A stretch of 64,000 bases of DNA from Armatimonadota bacterium (GTDB lineage: Bacteria > Armatimonadota > SYMT01). Below are positions 45,523 to 54,937 of this stretch, one piece after another (within the stretch, counting starts at the first letter, position 1; each line of letters starts with the position of its first letter). The stretch is taken from NCBI GenBank assembly GCA_046292385.1, contig JBKBRF010000003.1, positions 74,845 to 138,844 on the forward strand. The letters are read 5' to 3'. The translations under genes were made by a program, and so were the position numbers. Under the pieces are notes generated by a model. The model saw nothing but the letters and a program-made list of their open reading frames with translations. It did not search any database and had not been told where the DNA came from.

Positions 45523-46509
45523 CTACCGGACCCGGGGCAGCGATTGCTTCGCTGGCGCCGGCACGGCGCCCGGGCGGGGAAGCGTGTCGGCGCTGGAGTT
45601 AGGCTCCGCCGGGAGGGGGAGGCTGGTGAACGGGTCGGTCAACTCCTGGATCCGGCGGGCCGCTTCTTGCAAAGCCTCACGGGTAGCGGGCTCCTGCTGG
45701 AGACGGTCCGCGGCGATAAGCCGCAGGTCTCGCAGCACGCCCCGCAGCTCCGGACTGGGTCGGCGCTCTCCGATCCGCACCAGCGCTTCCGCCACGGCGC
45801 GAGAGAGCTCTCCCTGCGCTCGCCGCCGGTTGAAGTAGGCGTGGAACGCCCAGCCAATCCATATCGCGGGAAGGAGCCCGCCGATCCGGGCCACGATGGT
45901 GCTGTAGATAAGACCGGAGAGCACCGCCGCGGCCAGGATCAGCATGAGGCCGCCGGTCACCGCCTGCAGGACGACCGACCCACCGACGAGCGACTCGCGC
46001 AGGGCGCTGCAGAGCGGCTGAACGGCGCGCTCATCGCCGATCTCTCCGAGAGCGCGCACCACCGCCACGCGCACTCGCCAGTCGTGGTCCCGCAGCATCC
46101 GGATGAGCACCGGAACGCACTCCGGCAGCGCCAGCCGCTGCAGCGCCTCCGCTACCGTCCGACGGAGGGTGGGGTCGAGAGAGCTCCTCGCCCACTCCAG
46201 AGCTTCCACAGCGGCGGGACCGCAGAAGCCGAGCGCCCATGCCGCGCTGCAGCTCACGCTGCTCACCCCGGTCTTCAAGCGCCAGGTCAGCCGTCGGATT
46301 GCGGGGAGGCCCAGCTGCGCCAGCGCGTGAGCGACGGCGGTGCGGACCCCCTCGTCCTCGTCGCTCAGCGCACGGCAGAGCGGGTCGATCCCGCGCTCCC
46401 CACACGCGGCGAGCGCCTCCGCCGCGGCCCGCCGCTCGGCCGGATCTTCCGAGTCGAGGCGTGCCGTGTAGAGGTGGACTTCGTTCCAGCTCGGGGGAGT
46501 GGGTGCCAT
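45523..46509 (-). CDS. HEAT-repeat two-TM protein, array paralog 1
   Basis: HEAT units, TM hairpin, tail LPRPGAVPAPAKQSLPRVR. Confidence 0.85.
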   Translation of the reverse strand: MAPTPPSWNEVHLYTARLDSEDPAERRAAAEALAACGERGIDPLCRALSDEDEGVRTAVAHALAQLGLPAIRRLTWRLKTGVSSVSCSAAWALGFCGPAAVEALEWARSSLDPTLRRTVAEALQRLALPECVPVLIRMLRDHDWRVRVAVVRALGEIGDERAVQPLCSALRESLVGGSVVLQAVTGGLMLILAAAVLSGLIYSTIVARIGGLLPAIWIGWAFHAYFNRRRAQGELSRAVAEALVRIGERRPSPELRGVLRDLRLIAADRLQQEPATREALQEAARRIQELTDPFTSLPLPAEPNSSADTLPRPGAVPAPAKQSLPRVR

Positions 46510-46572
46510 GGTCGGTGACGGGCCGTCCGGTCTCCGTTACTGAAACGGCGAAATCCCTCCGTCGTTGCGGGG

Positions 46573-46986
46573 TCAGTCTCCCGCGCTCTCCGCCAGCAGC
46601 CGCTCCACTTCCGCCGGGAGGCTGGGCCGGCCGCGGTCGTTGATTCCGGTCCCGATCACGCGCCCCCGCAGGATCGGCTTGCCGTCCGGCAGCCGGAAGA
46701 TCTCCTGCGTGAAGCCGAAGCGGAGGCGGGAGACGCGGTCGACGCTGACCCGCACCTCGAAGCGGTCCCCGCTGCGGAGCGGGTAGAGGTAGTCGAGCTC
46801 GATCCGTGCCACCACCAGGTTCACGCCGTCCCGGGAGAGCTGCGCGAAATCGATCCCGCGCGACTTCAGGAAGAGGTGGCGGGTATGCTCCAGGTAGTTC
46901 TGGTAGACGGCGTTGTTGACGATGCCCTGGAGGTCGCACTCGTAATCGCGCACCTCCAGCTCCAGCCGGTAAAGAGAGTTGTCCAT
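46573..46986 (-). CDS. Acyl-CoA thioesterase (4HBT/YbgC-like)
   Basis: EVRDYECDLQGIVNNAVYQNYLEHTR. Confidence 0.9.
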   Translation of the reverse strand: MDNSLYRLELEVRDYECDLQGIVNNAVYQNYLEHTRHLFLKSRGIDFAQLSRDGVNLVVARIELDYLYPLRSGDRFEVRVSVDRVSRLRFGFTQEIFRLPDGKPILRGRVIGTGINDRGRPSLPAEVERLLAESAGD

Positions 46987-47118
46987 GCGTTCGTTGCAAG
47001 CACCCGGGTCAAGGAAGGGTGCCCTCGAGAGGGTTGTTCGCCAGCCGTGCGCCAAATCCCGCCGCGAATCGCGATGAAATGGCATGGCCAGTGCTTCGGA
47101 TCCGCACCAGAAACCCGC

Positions 47119-47413
47119 GGCGTCCGCAGGTGCAGCCGTTAGGCTGCGCCGGAGGATGCCACCTGTGACCACCCCTTGGGAAAGGGGTGGTTGCTCGAAG
47201 GGCCGGGGGGCAGCCCGTGAACCCTGCCTCTGGCCCAGTAGAGCGCAGTGGCGCGGGTACGGCAAACCGGAAGGCACGCCTGGAGCGGCCTGCTAGCGGA
47301 GCGAAGCGGAGTGTGAAAAGGCCGCGGAGGGCCTTCGTCGCGGGAGGGCTGCCCCCCGGCACAAGGGCACGGGGTCGGACCTCCGACACCAACGCTGGTC
47401 CTCGGCAAGAGGC
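47119..47413 (+). ncRNA. Putative structured ncRNA or non-autonomous element, copy B
   Basis: Homologous to 31394-31684; 15-bp long-range stem 47202-47216/47346-47360; hairpin with a GGGA tetraloop at 47168-47191. Confidence 0.6.
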
Positions 47414-47611
47414 AGAATCCTGCGGCACACGGCTGCTCATCCCGAGGCCCTGCTGGCGCGGGGCGCGAAAGCAAGCCTCCGTACTGGGGGCAAGCATTCG
47501 CACTCCAGGGACCAGACCGAGGCGTCGTCTGGTATACCCTTGCCCGGATTGGTTCTCGACAGAGATGCTGTAGGCCAGCGATAGCTGTCGAAGAGAAGCA
47601 CATCGCACCCG

Positions 47612-48718
47612 ATGACCCACTTCCACCTCGCCTACTACATCAGCAGTCACGGCTACGGTCACGCCCGGCGCTCCACCCTGGTCGTCCAGGCGCTCCTCCG
47701 GCGCTTTCCGGAGATCCGGATCTCCCTCCGCACCACGGCGCCCGCGGCGCTTTTCCAGGAGCTGCTCGGACCTCGCGTGGAGCGGGCGGAGGTGGCTCTC
47801 GATCCGGGCGCGGTGGAGCGGAGTCCGCTGGCAATTGACCCGGCGGCGACTCTCTCCGCGGTCCGCCGGGCGCTGGCGGAGCGGGGGACCGTGGTCGCGG
47901 CGGAGGCGGCGGCGCTGCGGGAGTCGGGCTGCCGGCTGGTAGTAGCCGACATCCCGTTCCTGGCGGGTGAGATCGCCGCGCGGGCGGGGGTGCCGTGCGT
48001 GGGGATCAGCAACTTCACGTGGGACTGGATCTTCGAGCCGCTCTTCGCCGGGCTGCCGGGCGGCACGGAGGCGCTGGCGCAGGTGCGGCGCGGCTACGGA
48101 GAGTTCGAGGCGCTGCTGCGGCTGCCGTTCGGCGGCGTCTCCCCGGCCGTGCGGCGGGTCGTCCCGGTGCCGCTCCTCGGGCGGAGGTCGGCGGCCGACC
48201 CGCGGGCGGTGCTGGCGCGGATCGGGGTCGCGGCGGGCGACGACCGTTCCCGCGTGCTCCTGGGGCAGCGCGGCGGGCTTCCGCCGGAGGTGCTGCGCCG
48301 GGCGGCGCAGGGCGCGCCGGAGCTGCTCTTCCTGGCGCCGGGGGCGGAGGGGGCGCCGCTCCCGAACGTGCTTCCGCTGCCTCCCGCCGTCGGCAGTAGC
48401 TTCAGCGACCTCCTGGCGGTGAGCGACATCGTGCTGGCCAAGCCGGGCTGGGGCATCCTGGCAGACTGTATTGCCGCGGAGACGGCGCTGCTCTGGCCGC
48501 CCCGGGAGGGATTCCGCGAGGACGCGGTCGCCCTGGCGGAAGCGCGGCCGTACCTCCGGCAGCGCCGCCTGCCGCCGGAGCGGCTCCACTCCGGCGACTG
48601 GGCCGCCGACCTCCGCGCGCTCCTGCAAGAGCCGCCCCCGGAAGCGCGTCCCCGCCTGGACGGTGCGGAGGTCAGCGCGGGGCTGTTGGCGGAGTGGCTG
48701 GAAGCGGTGGGGGATTGA
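47612..48718 (+). CDS. GT-B glycosyltransferase-like protein (resembles the L-arabinokinase N-terminal domain)
   Basis: AYYISSHGYGHARRS, VVADIP, SNFTWDWI and KPGWG. Confidence 0.75.
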   Translation: MTHFHLAYYISSHGYGHARRSTLVVQALLRRFPEIRISLRTTAPAALFQELLGPRVERAEVALDPGAVERSPLAIDPAATLSAVRRALAERGTVVAAEAAALRESGCRLVVADIPFLAGEIAARAGVPCVGISNFTWDWIFEPLFAGLPGGTEALAQVRRGYGEFEALLRLPFGGVSPAVRRVVPVPLLGRRSAADPRAVLARIGVAAGDDRSRVLLGQRGGLPPEVLRRAAQGAPELLFLAPGAEGAPLPNVLPLPPAVGSSFSDLLAVSDIVLAKPGWGILADCIAAETALLWPPREGFREDAVALAEARPYLRQRRLPPERLHSGDWAADLRALLQEPPPEARPRLDGAEVSAGLLAEWLEAVGD

Positions 48719-48848
48719 AGCAGGCCGGGAGCGGGTAATAGGGGCGCGGTGGGCCGACACGAGCGCGGCCAGGCAGAGAGCCAGAAAACGACGACGGGCC
48801 GCCGGAAGCTCTTCCGGCGGCCCGCTGTCTCGTGTCGCCACGTTCAGC

Positions 48849-51800
48849 CTATTCGTCTGTTTCCTCCGCCGGCGCCTCCGAGAGCGCGAGCGGTTCTCGC
48901 GGCTTCAGCGCCGGGTTGCGGAGCGGACGGCTGGCGACCCGCCGGCTCCGGAGCGAGGGGGCCGCGGAGGCCGCCATCACTTCCTTCAGCACCGCCGGCT
49001 GGTTATCCACCCACTGCTTCAGGAGCAGGTAGCCCTCATCCTGCGGCAGGTAGCGGCGTCCGCCCTGGTGGCCGTCCTCCGTGCCGTCCTGCACGTTGAG
49101 CGGCTTGCGGAGGATCTTGCTCTTCTCCAGGTCCATCAGGTTCACCCGCGCCTGCATCTCCCGGTAGTTGTAGAGGAGGTCCGGTACGGAGATGTAGCCG
49201 AACTCGTCCACCGGCTTGAGGTAGAACGAGGGGACTCGCGCCTGGATGCCGTGGCAGCCGAGACACGCGACCTGATCGGAGCGCTTCACGCGGGCCAGCT
49301 CCGGCATCACGTAGTCGCGGAAGAAGGTGAGGTCCTTCAGGAACCCGGGAGAGACCTTGCCGTCTTCCGTGAGCCACTTGCCGGGCCGCTTCTCCGCCTG
49401 CAGCGCCTTCACCACGTCCGGCACGAACTGCTCGGAGCCCTGCTTGAGCACGTTGCCGGCGATCTTCGTGAGCCGCTCGTCCTTCTCGACCTCCAGCAGC
49501 TTGCTCAGGGCCAGCAGGACCTCCGGGTTCTTCCGGACCGCCGTCTGGTTGGAGATCCGCACCGCGGCGGCGCGCGTCTCCTTCGGCGCGTCCGGCTTCA
49601 GGGCGTCGAGGTAGAGCTGCAGCGCCTGGTCCTTCACGATCAGGCCCGGGTGCACCTGCTGCGGCGCGTTCGGATCCGGGTTGGCCGGCATCTGCGGCAG
49701 GTCCAGCTTGTGCTCCAGGATCCAGGGCACGCTGCGGACCCAGAAGTGCCGCTCCAGGTCGTTGCGGAACTCCTTCGGCACGTACTGCTCGAAGACAATC
49801 TCCTTGTGCAGGTCCGGGTTGCTCGCCAGCACGCCTCCCAGCCGGTCGGCCAGGTACCACTGCGCCTGCATCTCCCGCTCCAACTCGCCGCGCTTGCCGG
49901 CGTCGGCCATCGCCTTCAGCTCTTCCGCGCTCACGTAGCGGTCGAACTTGGGGATCATCAGGTTGAAGAAGTGGCGCTGCTGCTCGCGGTCGTCCGGGAT
50001 CACCCAGTTGACGGTGCCGAACAGCTCGAGCACCGGATCGGAGAGCGAGGCCCGCCGGGCCGGCTCCGCCGCGCCGCGCTTCACCTGCTCGATGAGCGGC
50101 TCCACCCGTTCGGTCGCGGCCTGGAGCATGGCGGAGCGCGGGTCGGAGAGCGCCGCGGCAGCCGCCTGCCGCAGCTCTTCCGGCGCCTTCAGGGTGTAGT
50201 CGACCAGGAACTCCTGCAGCGGGCCGTGCGGCACGTTGGCGGCGCCTTCCAGCCCGGCCAGGATCGCCGACTTCTGCTCGGCGGGGAGCACCTCGCGGAG
50301 GTAGACCACCACCGCCTGCCCGATCGCCGCGCCGGCGCCCGGCGTGCTGTAGCCGAGCTGTCCGGGGCCGCCGTCGCCACCCGCGGTCTGGTAGAAGGTG
50401 CCGGCCACCGCCACCAGCCGCCGCGCCACGCGGGACTTGGTCGCGGCGTCGGCCTTTTCCAGCCGCCCGCGGATCGCCTCGAAGAGCGTCGCCAGCTCTT
50501 TATACTGGTGCTCGCTGGAGGCGTTCGCCTTATGACCGTTCGCGATGAAGAGCGCGTGGCTGGCGTAGCGGTTGTTGTTCTCCACCAGCGCGTTCGGCTC
50601 CGGCCGCTCCAGCATGCGGAGCCACGACTGGTTCACGGCGGCGCGGATCGGCGGGTTCCAGATCCACCACTGCCAGGCCGCCTTGGAGGCGTAGGCGCGG
50701 ACCGCCGGATGCTTGTCCTCGTTCATCGCGCGGTCGAGCAGGCGGCTCAGCCGGTTCCAGCTCACCTTGCTCTCCGGCAGCACCGCGTCCGCGCGCATGC
50801 CGAGCGCCTGGAGCACGCCCTCGCGGGTGTAGTCGCCGCCCTTCTCGTAGGCGGTGAAAGCCGCCTCCCAGCCGCGGTCATCCAGCAGGTTCTGCTTGAG
50901 CGCCCAGATGGCGGCGTCGCGCACCGGCTTGGCCGGCTCGTTGAGCGCCGCCACCAGCACCGGTACTCCCGCGTCGGTGGGGGCCGCGCCGAGGCCGATC
51001 ATGCCCCAGTAGCGGACCAGGGTGTTCGGGTGCTTCGCCGCCTGGACCATCAGGTCGGCGAGCTTGCGGTCGCCGGTCATCGCCAGGGCCTGCACGCGGC
51101 GCATGGTCGCCAGCAGCGTCTCCTCCGGCTTGGGAGTGAAGTCACTCCGCTGCGGCACGCGCGGCTGCACCGGATAGAGCGGTCCGAGCGCGCGCAGCGC
51201 GTAGGCGGAGGTGACGAAGCCGGTGATGGCGGCCCGGTTCCAGCGTCCGTTCGGGTCCTGCATCCGCAGGAGCGCGTCGACCGCCTTCTTCACCGTCGGG
51301 TCGTCCTTGCCGAGACCGGAAGAGACGAGGCCGATCAGCGCCATGGAGGTGGGAGACGGATCCCAGTCGTTCTCCGCCCGTTTCCAGGTGGCGCCGCCGT
51401 CGTTGGTGGTGCCGGGGCTGTAGCCCCAGGAGCCGTCGTCATTCTGGATCGCCCGGAGCCGCGCAACGTCCCTGGCGATCTGCTCCTTCACCTTCTGGAC
51501 GAAGGCGGTCACCTCCGCCGGGGTGCCGTTCACCTTCGCTCCGGCCGCCTGCTCCGCCGCAGCCGCCTTCGCGGCCTCGGCGGGATAGCGGTCGATCGGG
51601 AACGCGCGGCCGAAGAAGTCGAGCCGCACGCCGACGTCGTCGGTAAACCGCGGCTGGTAGGCCAGGAGCTTCCGGGCCTTGTCTTCGACGCCGCGGAAGA
51701 ACTTCGGATCGCCGGTCCTCTTCCAGCTCTCGTTCAGGATCTCGCCGGAGAAGAGCCAGACGATGTTCTGCCCGTAGTTGGAGCCCGGCCCGGCCGCGTT

Positions 51801-53453
51801 GATCCCGCCCGGGTCGTTCGTCTGGAGCATGTAATTGGCGGTCCGGAGCTGCTGCTTGGAGTGCAGCTTCTTCGGTGCCTGGATCTTTTCGGTGTTGACG
51901 ATGTTAAAGCCGGCGGCGCGGGTGCCGGCCGGACCATCGCCGATATCGAGCGGCGCCAGGCTGGTGTTGACCGCGGCGTCCTTCAGCTCGTTGGTCGGGC
52001 GCAGGCACTCGTACATCAACTGCTGCAGGTGCCAGAAGTTCTGCGGCTGCTCCACCGGGTAGCCGTTCTGGATCGGCACGGCCGGGCCCCAGATGCCGCT
52101 GTGGGTGTGGCAGCTCATGCATTGGGTGCCGAGCAGGTTGCCGGTATCGCGAATGCGGCGGTCGACACTGGCGCCGCGGGGACGGCTGCTGAGCCAGGCG
52201 TCGACCTGCCCGATCTGCAGGTACATCCCCTGGCGGACCGCCATGCGGGGATCGCGGTATGGGGCGGGGCGCAGCACGCGGAGCTGCAGGGCGTAGCTCG
52301 GCGCGTTCGCTTCCACGCGGAAGTAGTAGCTCTTGCCCGGCTGGAGGATGCGGGTGATGCTGCTCCGGAACTCCTCCTCCTGCTGGTGAGGGCGCTCGTT
52401 CGGATCGCGTCCTTCCGGCCACTCGATCTGCTTGTTCTCCTGCCACGGCAGCCGCTGCGGGTTGACCTTCCCGAAGAACTCCTTTACCGGCAGCAGCGCG
52501 CCCAGCGGCACGGCGGGGCTCGCGCCATCGCCCAGCTCGTAGCAGCGGAGCCGGGCGGCGAGGAACTGGCCCGGGATGCTGAGCTGCGCGGTCACCAGGC
52601 GGGGCTCGCTCCCCTTCACTTCGACGCGGAACCAGTCGTCGCCGGAGCGGCCGACCTTTCCGTTGTCGAAGTACTCCACGTCGTCGGAGGTGCCGGTGAT
52701 CTCGTAGGTGCGCACGTCGTCATTCGGCACCAGCGCGAGGTACTGCGCCTGCTCCGGGGTATCGTTCGGCTCCGCCTCCAGCAGTCCGGAGTGCTTCTGG
52801 TGCTGCGCGTCGGTGCCGAGGTCGATCGGGCGCAGCTCCACCGAAACCGGCGCGCTGGTGCCCTGGGGCCAGGGGGTGCGGCTCGGCGCCGGGAAGAGGT
52901 CCGGCGCCGTTCCCTTCTCCCGCCAGCGCGGGCCCGCACCGACCGGCGCCTCGTCGACCACCGGCACCAGCCGCAGCCGGTAGGTGCCGGTGACGGGGGC
53001 CCGGTAGACCATGTAGAGGTCGCCGTCGAGCGCGTGGAGCACCTTGCGCCAGTCCGCGGTCGGCCGGGTGTAGATCCCCTCCGCGTCGACCTTCCGCGGC
53101 CCGTTCTCCGGCGTAGCGACCACGTCCGCCGGGTTGGCCGGCGTGACCAGGGTCCACTCCGCGGCGAGGCGTCCGTTCGGCGGCAGCGCGGAGGGCTGCT
53201 CCAGGTGAACGGAGATCTCTCTCGCCTCGCCGGCCTTCAAGTTATAGGTCTTCTCCCACGCGCGGGAGACGAGCACCCGGTTCGGGTTCGCGGCGGGCCG
53301 GGCAGACGGCTGCGCAGTGGTGCGGATCGGCGGCTTCGGCTTCGGCGCCGCCTTGCGGGGCGCGGCTGCCAGCGCCACCGTGGCGCACGTGGCGGCGATC
53401 CCCGTCCACACCAGTACGGGAGCGCTCGGCTTGAGAGAGGTACGGAAGTGCAT
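48849..53453 (-). CDS. Large secreted protein with 2 CxxCH motifs, prenyltransferase-like (QW) repeats and HEAT repeats
   Basis: Signal-like N-terminus, EAEPNDTPEQAQ, CMSCH, QNDDGSWG, MQDPNGRW, HEAT-like units and CLGCH. Confidence 0.8.
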   Translation of the reverse strand: MHFRTSLKPSAPVLVWTGIAATCATVALAAAPRKAAPKPKPPIRTTAQPSARPAANPNRVLVSRAWEKTYNLKAGEAREISVHLEQPSALPPNGRLAAEWTLVTPANPADVVATPENGPRKVDAEGIYTRPTADWRKVLHALDGDLYMVYRAPVTGTYRLRLVPVVDEAPVGAGPRWREKGTAPDLFPAPSRTPWPQGTSAPVSVELRPIDLGTDAQHQKHSGLLEAEPNDTPEQAQYLALVPNDDVRTYEITGTSDDVEYFDNGKVGRSGDDWFRVEVKGSEPRLVTAQLSIPGQFLAARLRCYELGDGASPAVPLGALLPVKEFFGKVNPQRLPWQENKQIEWPEGRDPNERPHQQEEEFRSSITRILQPGKSYYFRVEANAPSYALQLRVLRPAPYRDPRMAVRQGMYLQIGQVDAWLSSRPRGASVDRRIRDTGNLLGTQCMSCHTHSGIWGPAVPIQNGYPVEQPQNFWHLQQLMYECLRPTNELKDAAVNTSLAPLDIGDGPAGTRAAGFNIVNTEKIQAPKKLHSKQQLRTANYMLQTNDPGGINAAGPGSNYGQNIVWLFSGEILNESWKRTGDPKFFRGVEDKARKLLAYQPRFTDDVGVRLDFFGRAFPIDRYPAEAAKAAAAEQAAGAKVNGTPAEVTAFVQKVKEQIARDVARLRAIQNDDGSWGYSPGTTNDGGATWKRAENDWDPSPTSMALIGLVSSGLGKDDPTVKKAVDALLRMQDPNGRWNRAAITGFVTSAYALRALGPLYPVQPRVPQRSDFTPKPEETLLATMRRVQALAMTGDRKLADLMVQAAKHPNTLVRYWGMIGLGAAPTDAGVPVLVAALNEPAKPVRDAAIWALKQNLLDDRGWEAAFTAYEKGGDYTREGVLQALGMRADAVLPESKVSWNRLSRLLDRAMNEDKHPAVRAYASKAAWQWWIWNPPIRAAVNQSWLRMLERPEPNALVENNNRYASHALFIANGHKANASSEHQYKELATLFEAIRGRLEKADAATKSRVARRLVAVAGTFYQTAGGDGGPGQLGYSTPGAGAAIGQAVVVYLREVLPAEQKSAILAGLEGAANVPHGPLQEFLVDYTLKAPEELRQAAAAALSDPRSAMLQAATERVEPLIEQVKRGAAEPARRASLSDPVLELFGTVNWVIPDDREQQRHFFNLMIPKFDRYVSAEELKAMADAGKRGELEREMQAQWYLADRLGGVLASNPDLHKEIVFEQYVPKEFRNDLERHFWVRSVPWILEHKLDLPQMPANPDPNAPQQVHPGLIVKDQALQLYLDALKPDAPKETRAAAVRISNQTAVRKNPEVLLALSKLLEVEKDERLTKIAGNVLKQGSEQFVPDVVKALQAEKRPGKWLTEDGKVSPGFLKDLTFFRDYVMPELARVKRSDQVACLGCHGIQARVPSFYLKPVDEFGYISVPDLLYNYREMQARVNLMDLEKSKILRKPLNVQDGTEDGHQGGRRYLPQDEGYLLLKQWVDNQPAVLKEVMAASAAPSLRSRRVASRPLRNPALKPREPLALSEAPAEETDE

Positions 53454-54012
53454 CGTTACTCTGGATAATCGCGGCCCGCGAGGGCGGGCGGGGGCGGCGC
53501 TCCGGGACAGGAGGAGCGCCGGACATCGGCGGAAGGCGCGCCTGCGCGCTTCTCAACCCTATTGAGAAACCGGGTCCTCATCAGAGTTGCGCCTCTCCCC
53601 CGGCCGAAGCCTCCCTCGCAAGAACAAGTCAACCTCACCAGCCGGGCGCCGGCTCCTGCCGGAGCGGCGCTCTGGCTCCAGGTTCTCAGGCTTACAGGCT
53701 GCAGGTCGTCTCCTCGACGGAGACGGCTCGCAACCTGCGAGCCTGCAGCTTGAACACTATTCGGCACTGCGCTTACGGCCGTCAGGACCCTGCCCCACGG
53801 GCGAACGGGCGCTGGGTGCGGACTGGTGTCAATCTGGGTAAGGGCCTCATGGAAGCCCTAAATTAGGGTTTCACCGGCCTCGCAAGCGGCGGAGTGATGG
53901 GCCGAGCGTGGGACGAGGCTTCGAACAGCCAAAGCGACGGCGGGGAATCGCGCACCTTACGGGACCGGTGCCCGCCCGACCGGATCGCAGTAGTGGAGGG
54001 AGAGCAGGATTG

Positions 54013-54813
54013 ATGGCACTCGCAACGGCCAGTCGCCTCGGGCGCGGCACGGACTCAGACCGACGGAGCACGGAAGAGCTGATCGCGGAGCTGCGGCGGA
54101 CGGGAGACCCCCATCTGCGCGACCAGGTGATCGAGCGTCACGACGGTCTGGTCCGGGCTATCGCCAGCAAATTCGCGCGCCCCGGCGCTTCCGCCGAAGA
54201 CCTGGCCCAGGCCGGCTGGATCGCCCTCATCCGCGCGCTGGACCGCTTCGATCCGGAGCGGCAGACGAAGTTCAGCACCTACGCCACGCACTGCGTGGTA
54301 GGCGAGATCAAGCGCTACTTCCGGGACCGGACCTGGGGCATGCGCGTGCCGCGCTCGCTACAGGAGGTGGCGGCGAACCTCAACCGGATGCACGACGACC
54401 TGATCGTCACCCTCGGCCGGGAGCCGACGATGGCGGAGATGGCGGAAGGCTTCGGAATCACGGAAGAGTTCCTGGCGGAGGCGATGGAGGTGGGCCGCAA
54501 CTACCTGATGCGCGGCCTGCACGAGCGCTACGGCGAGGATGGCGACGAGGGGATGGCGGTCGCCGACCGCGTGGGGCACGAGGACCACGACATGGAGGCG
54601 GTCATCGAGTTCGCGCCGCTGCAGGAGGCGCTGGAGCAGTTGGAGCCCCGCGACCGGTACATCATCGAGCGGCGCTTCTACGGCGGCTGCTCGCAGCAGC
54701 AGGTCGCCGAGGAGCTGGAGCTATCCCAGATGCACATCTCCCGGCTGGAGCGGAGGGCTCTTCGCCGGATGCGGGACGCGCTGGCGGACCAGGGACAGCT
54801 CGTCCCCGCATAG
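54013..54813 (+). CDS. SigB/SigF/SigG family RNA polymerase sigma factor
   Basis: EDLAQAG..ALIRALDRFDP...FSTYA...GEIKRYFRDRTW..RVPR and SQMHISRL. The start could be the GTG at 53908. Confidence 0.92.
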   Translation: MALATASRLGRGTDSDRRSTEELIAELRRTGDPHLRDQVIERHDGLVRAIASKFARPGASAEDLAQAGWIALIRALDRFDPERQTKFSTYATHCVVGEIKRYFRDRTWGMRVPRSLQEVAANLNRMHDDLIVTLGREPTMAEMAEGFGITEEFLAEAMEVGRNYLMRGLHERYGEDGDEGMAVADRVGHEDHDMEAVIEFAPLQEALEQLEPRDRYIIERRFYGGCSQQQVAEELELSQMHISRLERRALRRMRDALADQGQLVPA

Positions 54814-54836
54814 GCCGGCCAGCCGTTGGCAGGGTT

Positions 54837-54888
54837 GGTAGGTGGAAGGGAGGCCCGTCTCCAGGCGAGGGCCTTCCTTCCACCTGCC
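54837..54888. terminator. Long hairpin between convergent genes
   Basis: GGTAGGTGGAAGGGAGGCCC / GGGCCTTCCTTCCACCTGCC. Confidence 0.6.
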
Positions 54889-54937
54889 TGCCTGTGACTT
54901 CCCGCTTAACCGCCCACGTCTCCCAGGGAGCTTCCGG

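Noticed and set aside
38522..46509. Diversity-generating retroelement as the cause of HEAT-array variation
   Set aside because: No reverse transcriptase in the window and no template/variable repeat pair differing only at adenines.
47119..47413. Group II intron, hammerhead or c-di-GMP riboswitch identity for the structured element
   Set aside because: I found no GTGCG start or domain V motif, CTGCTAG does not match the hammerhead CTGANGA core, and GGCAAACC is not conserved in the other copy.
48471..53468. 1665-aa plus-strand ORF
   Set aside because: Antisense shadow of the 1534-aa minus-strand gene. Long stop-free antisense frames are expected at this GC content and the translation has no recognisable motifs.
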